Both the position numbers and the translations under genes were made by a program. From Terriglobia bacterium (GTDB lineage: Bacteria; Acidobacteriota; Terriglobia; JAJPHL01; JAPKYU01), in assembly GCA_965223005.1 (NCBI GenBank), contig CBDCVK010000009.1:1-64000 (forward strand): DNA of 64,000 nucleotides, given 5' to 3'. This document shows positions 62,920-64,000 of the stretch, piece by piece. Below the pieces are notes generated by a model. It did no database searches. It saw only the letters and a program-made list of their open reading frames with translations, and had not been told where the DNA came from. Within the stretch, counting starts at the first letter, position 1. Every line of letters begins with the position of its first letter.

Positions 62920-63933
62920 GTGGGATTGGACACCGAGCTTCTGCACCAGATGCTGTATTACATGAAACTCCAGCGCGAGCTGGAGGAGCGCATCGAGTTC
63001 AAGCTCTACCGCCAGGGACTGATCGTGGGCGGTGTCTACGGAGGGCGCGGTCAGGAGGCCATTGGGGTCGGCAGCGCGCTCATCTCCCAGCAGGACGATG
63101 TGCTGTGCCCGTCGCACCGGGACCTGGGGGCGTTCCTGGTGCGCGGCATGAGTGCGCGCACGGTGCTGGCACAGTTTATGGGACGGGTGGACGGCCCGAC
63201 CCGCGGGCGCGACGGCAACATGCACATGGGCGACCTGGGCCTGAATCTCATTGCCTTCATTAGCAGCATTGGGTCCATCGTCCCGGTGGCCGGCGGCGCC
63301 GCCCTGGCTCTGCGCTACCAAGGCAAGCCCAACGTGGTCTTCTGCTACTTCGGCGACGGGGCCACCAGCCGCGGCGACTGGCATGAAGGGTTAAACCTGG
63401 CCGCCGTGCAGAAACTCCCCGTCGTCTACCTGTGCAACAACAACCTGTACGCCTATTCGACCCCGGTGGAGTTGCAGATGCCCGTGAAACACGTGGCCGA
63501 CCGTGGCCCGGCGTATGGGATTCCGGCGGAGATTGTGGATGGCAACGATGTCATCGCGGTCCACCAAGCTGCCCAGCAGGCCGTCGAGCACGCTCGCTCC
63601 GGTCGCGGGCCGGCTATGATCGAGTGCAAGACCTTCCGTATGACCGGTCATTCGGCGCACGACAAGGCTGAGTATGTCCCCAAGGCGTTGTTTGAGGAGT
63701 GGGCGAGCAAGGACCCCATCACCCGCCTGGAGGCGGTGATGATGGAGTGGGGCTTCCTGTCGGAGGCGCCACTGGGCGAGTTGAACCGTCGCATCATCGC
63801 CGAAGTGGATGAGGCGGTGAGCTGGGCCGAACAGCGCCCCTTCCCCGATCCGGCTACTGTGCTGGACAACGTGTACGATGGGCGGCAAGAATCGCCGGCG
63901 TCGCGGCGGACCTTTTCCGCCGCCCGGGGCTAA
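62920..63933 (+). CDS. 2-oxoacid dehydrogenase E1 alpha subunit (TPP-dependent)
   Basis: GQEA, HRD, GDGA...NN, DGND, RMTGHS, DPI; GTG start with GGAGG SD (alternative ATG at 62857). Confidence 0.93.
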   Translation: MGLDTELLHQMLYYMKLQRELEERIEFKLYRQGLIVGGVYGGRGQEAIGVGSALISQQDDVLCPSHRDLGAFLVRGMSARTVLAQFMGRVDGPTRGRDGNMHMGDLGLNLIAFISSIGSIVPVAGGAALALRYQGKPNVVFCYFGDGATSRGDWHEGLNLAAVQKLPVVYLCNNNLYAYSTPVELQMPVKHVADRGPAYGIPAEIVDGNDVIAVHQAAQQAVEHARSGRGPAMIECKTFRMTGHSAHDKAEYVPKALFEEWASKDPITRLEAVMMEWGFLSEAPLGELNRRIIAEVDEAVSWAEQRPFPDPATVLDNVYDGRQESPASRRTFSAARG

Positions 63934-64000
63934 CAGCCCGTGTCTAAAATCGCCAGATGGGGAAGAAACATGTTACTTCGGAAATGTTCTTACTTACAAT

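Overview
High-GC bacterial chromosome segment. Gene content and style (paired MacB/FtsX permeases, glnD/glnE, bshA, icd-mdh, Myxococcales-like ECF sigma, tal-pgi fusion) suggest an Acidobacteriota-like organism (inference). About 1-4.7 kb: envelope and redox genes, including a probable UGA-recoded, exported peroxiredoxin-like selenoprotein that the ORF track splits in two. About 4.7-31 kb: accessory-looking mosaic of catabolic and exported enzymes. It holds a three-gene exported M48 peptidase / caspase-family protease / TPR operon next to a 3' tRNA-Val(GAC) fragment (att-like), gene remnants (collapsed transketolase, cyclase C-terminus) and a pentose-phosphate operon. About 31-64 kb: mostly housekeeping genes plus a candidate structured RNA between glnD and bshA. 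Short tandem duplications recur throughout, inside and between genes. No CRISPR array, rRNA, intact tRNA, integrase or transposase was recognised. All calls are by eye from motifs; no searches were run.
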